Below, one piece after another: positions 50,402-54,797 of a stretch of 54,797 nt of DNA. The stretch comes from Promethearchaeota archaeon. GTDB taxonomy: Archaea > Asgardarchaeota > Lokiarchaeia > Sigyniarchaeales > SOKP01. Every line of letters starts with the position of its first letter. The stretch's first letter is position 1. The DNA lies in the NCBI GenBank assembly GCA_016839765.1, contig JAEOTP010000061.1:1-54797 (forward strand), in the 5' to 3' direction. Both the position numbers and the translations under genes were made by a program. The notes under the pieces are model-generated. The model saw nothing but the letters and a program-made list of their open reading frames with translations, had not been told where the DNA came from and made no database searches.

Positions 50402-50911
50402 ATGAAAAAGAAAATTCTTATTTTACCATTATTAGCTCTTTTATTGTTTATTTGGGCGCCTTCAGTACAAGGATATGAATACTCTGATAATATTAATGAA
50501 GGTATTTCCGTTTATTATCTAACAGCTCTGGATGTGGGAGAGAGTATTGAAGTAAATGTAACCCACTTAGGGGATGGTAATTTTAATTTTACGCTCTTCC
50601 TTTTTGATGAACGACCTTTAGAGTCATATGTTAATTTCGATAAAACCCTTAACAAAGAAATCTTTAACGTTGCTATTAATTATAATTTAGATGATAACCC
50701 TTATCTATATTTTAACGCTTCTGAATCCAAAATTTACTATTTTCAGCTTATATTGCTTGATAATGGTCCAGATACATTTTTAGTTTATAGTGATAAGGAA
50801 TTAACTCGGTATTACCTCCCTATAATTCCAGGATATAACTTGCTTTTATTGGGTCTTATGATTCCTTTAGTTTCTGGATTATTAGTGCTCAAATGTAAGA
50901 AGAAACTTTAA
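50402..50911 (+). CDS. Secreted surface protein with a C-terminal IPGY-TM-basic sorting signal (Loki-CTERM/PGF-CTERM-like)
   Basis: Signal peptide MKKKILILPLLALLL..., C-terminus IPGY + hydrophobic helix + KCKKKL. Confidence 0.75.
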   Translation: MKKKILILPLLALLLFIWAPSVQGYEYSDNINEGISVYYLTALDVGESIEVNVTHLGDGNFNFTLFLFDERPLESYVNFDKTLNKEIFNVAINYNLDDNPYLYFNASESKIYYFQLILLDNGPDTFLVYSDKELTRYYLPIIPGYNLLLLGLMIPLVSGLLVLKCKKKL

Positions 50912-50927
50912 AATAAATGTACTTTTT

Positions 50928-50960
50928 TAATCGAATAATAAATAATCGAATAATAAATAA
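50928..50960. repeat. Tandem 15-bp duplication TAATCGAATAATAAA x2
   Basis: Exact copies at 50928-50942 and 50943-50957 between convergent genes. Confidence 0.7.
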
Positions 50961-50990
50961 ATTATATATTCCTCAACTTTTTAATTAATT

Positions 50991-53392
50991 TCATTCCGAA
51001 AAAATTAGTGTAAAGGTATCCTTTAATTTGCTATAAAATTCGTTTTCTATTAAGCGATATTTCATTAATGCTTGAATATCTGATATCTCAAATTCTAACT
51101 CGCTTGGTAGATTAGTTTCTTTTAAATAGATAGCAATGAATTTTTTTTTCTTTTTCAGTGCAAAACTAATCTCTTTTCTTACCATCTCTGAGACGATGAT
51201 TTGAGGAGTTATAAAAACTAGAAATACGCGACTTCGCTCTAAATTTTGAACAATTGATTTTTTCCAGTTTTCACTGATGGGAATTCCTTCATCATACCAA
51301 ATATTTATACCGTTTTTATTAAGATAGTCAATTATCGGATAAACTTGAAGTCTGTCTGTGTGAGAATAACTGACAAAAACAAACGGTTCCTCCCCTTTAT
51401 ATGCCTTAAATGGCATCTGAAATTGCTGAGGATCCGAAAGAAAACTTTCAGAAATTAATTCCTCAAGAGAAGCCGTCTCATTTACTTTTATCTCTATATT
51501 CTTTTTTCCTGCATCTTTTAGTATTTTCATAATATTAGGATCTTTTCTAACTGTTTCAGAAAAGTGGATTAATTTCTGCCGAGCGCTATAGGACTGCCCT
51601 TGGAAAATATAACAAATGGAAAAAGAATCGACTGGTGTTATAAGCACTGTGTGTTGACCGAATTTCACTCGATCAAATGATTCAGAAAGAATCTGGTCGC
51701 AAAATGTATTGCATGAGGATAGAAATTCACTAAAATAGGTGCTATCAATTGTTAAATCAGCAGTAAACGGATTAGATAATAAAATTTTCCCATCTTTTGA
51801 CATAACAGTAAGCAGTACTGGCTGCTCAGCTTCCAATTTGGGGGATTTCACTAATCTCTTTTTTACCATCCTCTCCATTTGTTCATTTAAGCGTGATAAT
51901 TCTATACGTTCAGCCAAGGATGCTTTCGATTCTTTTAAATTCTCCCAGATTTCTAGTTGTTTAAGTAATTCATCATGCTCATTTGAGATTTTAATTACTA
52001 GCAATTTAATTCCATATCTTTCAGCAATCTGCTGGCCTTGAGTAAATAATCGTCGAGCTTCTTTCAAATCCAACGATAACAAAGCCAACTTTGCTTGTAA
52101 AAGGTAAGTTTCTCCAATAAGCCAATACGAATGCGATTTTTCAGCAAGTTCTAACAGTTGACCAAGGAATTGGTTTAACTCATCCAACACAATTAGGTCA
52201 TTAGTCATGCGTAACTCAGTTAGGAGCAATTCACATAAATTAATTAATGCTGTATACCTAACATCATGAGTTAAATTCTCATTTTCAAGGAGTTGTATTA
52301 ATATTTCTTCAGCTTTACCTCGATCGCGAGCTCTAAGACTTGTTTTCAATAATAGAGCCTTATCAAGAAGATGCATTAAATCCATTTCCTTGTTTTTTAA
52401 TTGACTGTTCAATCGCTCCAAATTGTTAAGACTTTGCTGCGCTCGCTCAAGATATCCCCTTTCAATTAATATTTGAATTAAAAAGTCGTGGTTATTAGCT
52501 AGGTTTCTTAAAGCTCCTAAACCACGGTTTAGTCCCATAGCTTGTTCTATACACTCTAACGCACGATCCAAATCTCCGTTGTTTTTATAATCAATAGATA
52601 AATTGTTAAGAATATCTGCCATACCATATTTATTGTCAAGTTCCTTGAAAAGTTCTAAACCTTGTTCATTAGTTTTTATAGAACGATCTGCTTCCCCTAG
52701 AGAACTAGTTATAAGCGCCATAACCTGAAAACTAGATGCGATGTAATATTTTTTACGACTTTCTCTAGCAAGAGATACACTTCGCTCGGAATATTTTAAG
52801 GCACGATCCATTTCACCTTTAAAAATCAATAGATTCCATGCCATCTGATCAAGAGATTCGGAAATTTCATGTCGAATCCCCAATTCTTCTCGCATTACTA
52901 AGCTGTGCTCCAAATGTTTTAATGCCAGATCTGCGTCATCTGGATCTCTTCTGTAATTGTAAAAATATCCTTTTATAAAAGCTAAATAAGCTTCTCTTTG
53001 CTTGTAGGCTCTTTTTAATTCATGTGGAATTGTTTTTATTAATTCTTCTCCATGCTTAATCAAATAAAAAGCCTTATCAAATTTATTAAGCCTTACTAAT
53101 GTATGCGTCATTATAAGTAAGTTGTCGACTATAAAGAGATTATTTTCCCGTTCTCTGCTTTCTTTATACATGGGTTCAGTATGTTTAATAAGCTCTTTGA
53201 GCTTCCCTTGCCAAAAAAAAATTTGACATTGAAGTAAATGACAGGATGCTTTATCATGATGGTTGAGCCCTTCCTTCTGCTCGAAATTATTCAAGAGTGT
53301 GAGAGCCTCATCGAGTTTACCTTCATCAATGAGTTTTTCTGCTCGAATTACTTCTTCAGGGTTTTTTTTTCTATTAATTGTTCTTCGTCCAT
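50991..53392 (-). CDS. TPR-repeat protein with a longin-like domain and C-terminal TIR domain; 5' end frameshifted at an A9 tract
   Basis: Multiple TPRs, alpha/beta segment EQPVLL...ICYIFQGQSY, TIR FVFVSYSH.D...IWYD...EMVRKEI; ATG 53392 is one base out of frame with the long ORF. Confidence 0.85.
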
Positions 53393-53814
53393 ATTTAGTA
53401 TATACCTTTGTTATTCATCGTAAGAGAGATAAGATAAATTATGGCTTAGCTATTTCTTTTTTGATTTTTCTCCAATTTCAACTATTTTTTCTTTTTCCTT
53501 ATATGGTTTTGCAGGTTTTAAATAATCATTTGGAACATCGCACACCTAACATGCGTTTTTTAAATTAATCTCTTGTTTTTAGAATATATAGTAATAATAT
53601 TATTAGGTGATTTATAAATCATGTATGACGAAAATCGTCGCTGTTAAATTTAAATCCTTTTTCCTTTTTCGTAATTTCAATCTCATTTCTTGTCTGAGAA
53701 TTAACAAAAACCATGTAATACGTTGATCCTTGATCGATTTCCATCACATAATTTTAAATTCAATTCATCAATCCCCTAACTATCAAATTATACAGAAAAT
53801 TAAAGTGAGATAAA

Positions 53815-54797
53815 ATTTCATTTGAAGAGATTAGTAAAAAATTTGCGGAATTAATGAAAGAGACAGAAGAAATCGAACTGAAAGATGTAGAGCTATTTGC
53901 TGAATATTTAGAGTTCCAAATGCTCCCAAGTCTCGTCCAAGCAGCCGCTCAAGCAGCTCTTCCAGGCATCGGGAAAGCTGAATGGACAGCAACTAAATTT
54001 TCTCTTGATGTTTCTTATCCGGGAACAATCCAAACGGTTGAATTTGTACGATCAAATGGTAAAAAGGCAATGATTGGAGGAGAAATGGTACCTCCTTTCT
54101 ATAATTTCCTTGGACTCGATAAAAGAAATCCTCTACCTCCACTTGTTACTTACGATGTATTTGATATGGGAGATAAAATGATACTTCCAAAACCCATTAA
54201 GCTAGAATATAAGGATGTTTTAGGACATCCTGCTGAATGGGCTAAATTTGCTGTTGATAAATTTGGAGCAGAATGTGTGACTTTTCACTCTCTGGGAATT
54301 GATCCTGGAACTCTTGATTGGCCAGTTTCAAAATCGAAAGAATTTTTTGAAGATATACTACAAGCGGTTGATGTGCCAGTAATCATTGGTTGTTCTGGAA
54401 ATAAAAAGAAAGATGTAGAAATGTTTAAAATACTTGCTGAGGTTTCTGAAGCGGAAGTTTTAATGCTTTCAGCGGCGGATAAGGCGACCTGGGAGGAAAT
54501 AATCCCCTTGGCTGTTAAATATGATCACAATTGTTTACTTTGGACAAGTTTGGATTTAAATAATCAAATCAAGATGAATAAAGATGCAATAGAATTAGGA
54601 TTACCAAGGAACCGAATAGTAATGGACCCAACCTGCGCCACTTTGGGCTATGGGCTTGAATATAGTTTCAGTATTTATCAAAGAATGCGAATTGCAGGTC
54701 TATTAGGTGAAGAAGATTTAGCTTATCCGATTAGTGGAGGTACAACAAATGCCTGGGGTGCTCGTGAGGCATGGATGAGCGAAAAGCAAGCACCTGA
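53815..54797 (+). CDS. cdhD: CO dehydrogenase/acetyl-CoA synthase delta subunit (small corrinoid Fe-S subunit), 3'-partial
   Basis: Not in the ORF track because it runs off the window; translation gives IGGE..PPFY.F, LQAVDVPVIIGCSGN..KD, IVMDPT..LGYGLEYS, NAWGAREAWM; start ATT 53815 or ATG 53854. Confidence 0.92.
   Translation, partial: MSFEEISKKFAELMKETEEIELKDVELFAEYLEFQMLPSLVQAAAQAALPGIGKAEWTATKFSLDVSYPGTIQTVEFVRSNGKKAMIGGEMVPPFYNFLGLDKRNPLPPLVTYDVFDMGDKMILPKPIKLEYKDVLGHPAEWAKFAVDKFGAECVTFHSLGIDPGTLDWPVSKSKEFFEDILQAVDVPVIIGCSGNKKKDVEMFKILAEVSEAEVLMLSAADKATWEEIIPLAVKYDHNCLLWTSLDLNNQIKMNKDAIELGLPRNRIVMDPTCATLGYGLEYSFSIYQRMRIAGLLGEEDLAYPISGGTTNAWGAREAWMSEKQAP

Noticed and set aside
1189-52041. 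Short (60-120 aa) ORFs antisense to well-supported genes, e.g. 11913-12236, 14076-14387, 23820-24119, 38628-38987, 51739-52041
   Set aside because: They overlap confidently identified genes and have no motifs or RBS; treated as shadows
53238-53568. Plus-strand ORFs 53238-53423 and 53263-53568
   Set aside because: Antisense shadows over the true 5' end of the TPR-TIR gene with non-protein-like composition
1-54797. CRISPR array, rRNA, transposase/integrase, lysine or cobalamin riboswitch
   Set aside because: No regularly spaced repeats, rRNA-like tract, DDE or tyrosine-recombinase ORF, or riboswitch consensus was recognised by eye

Overview
AT-rich archaeal chromosomal segment whose gene content points to an Asgard archaeon of the Lokiarchaeia type (inference from a Loki-CTERM-like IPGY protein, a TPR-longin-like protein, a MglA/Ras-like GTPase, a cytoplasmic multi-PAS kinase and GGTGA/GGAGG ribosome-binding sites). 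The main content is C1/methyl and redox metabolism: an hdrA(tandem)-mvhD fusion/hdrC/hdrB/metV/metF operon, a second metVF pair, an MtaA-family methyltransferase plus corrinoid protein divergent from a core (MesC-like) methionine synthase, and a partial cdhD. It also carries an hsp20-cdc48-Phr-like heat-shock operon with a candidate operator, a DAP lysine cluster (dapA dapB / dapF lysA), a two-component pair, an orphan N6-adenine methyltransferase, tRNA-Pro(UGG) with a non-canonical 25/26 intron, and a TPR-longin-like-TIR gene frameshifted at an A9 tract. Two genes (a receiver and a polyferredoxin) can encode their conserved N-terminal motifs only if translation starts at ATA/ATT behind an RBS, and two more show the same layout. 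No CRISPR array, rRNA or recognisable transposase was seen.
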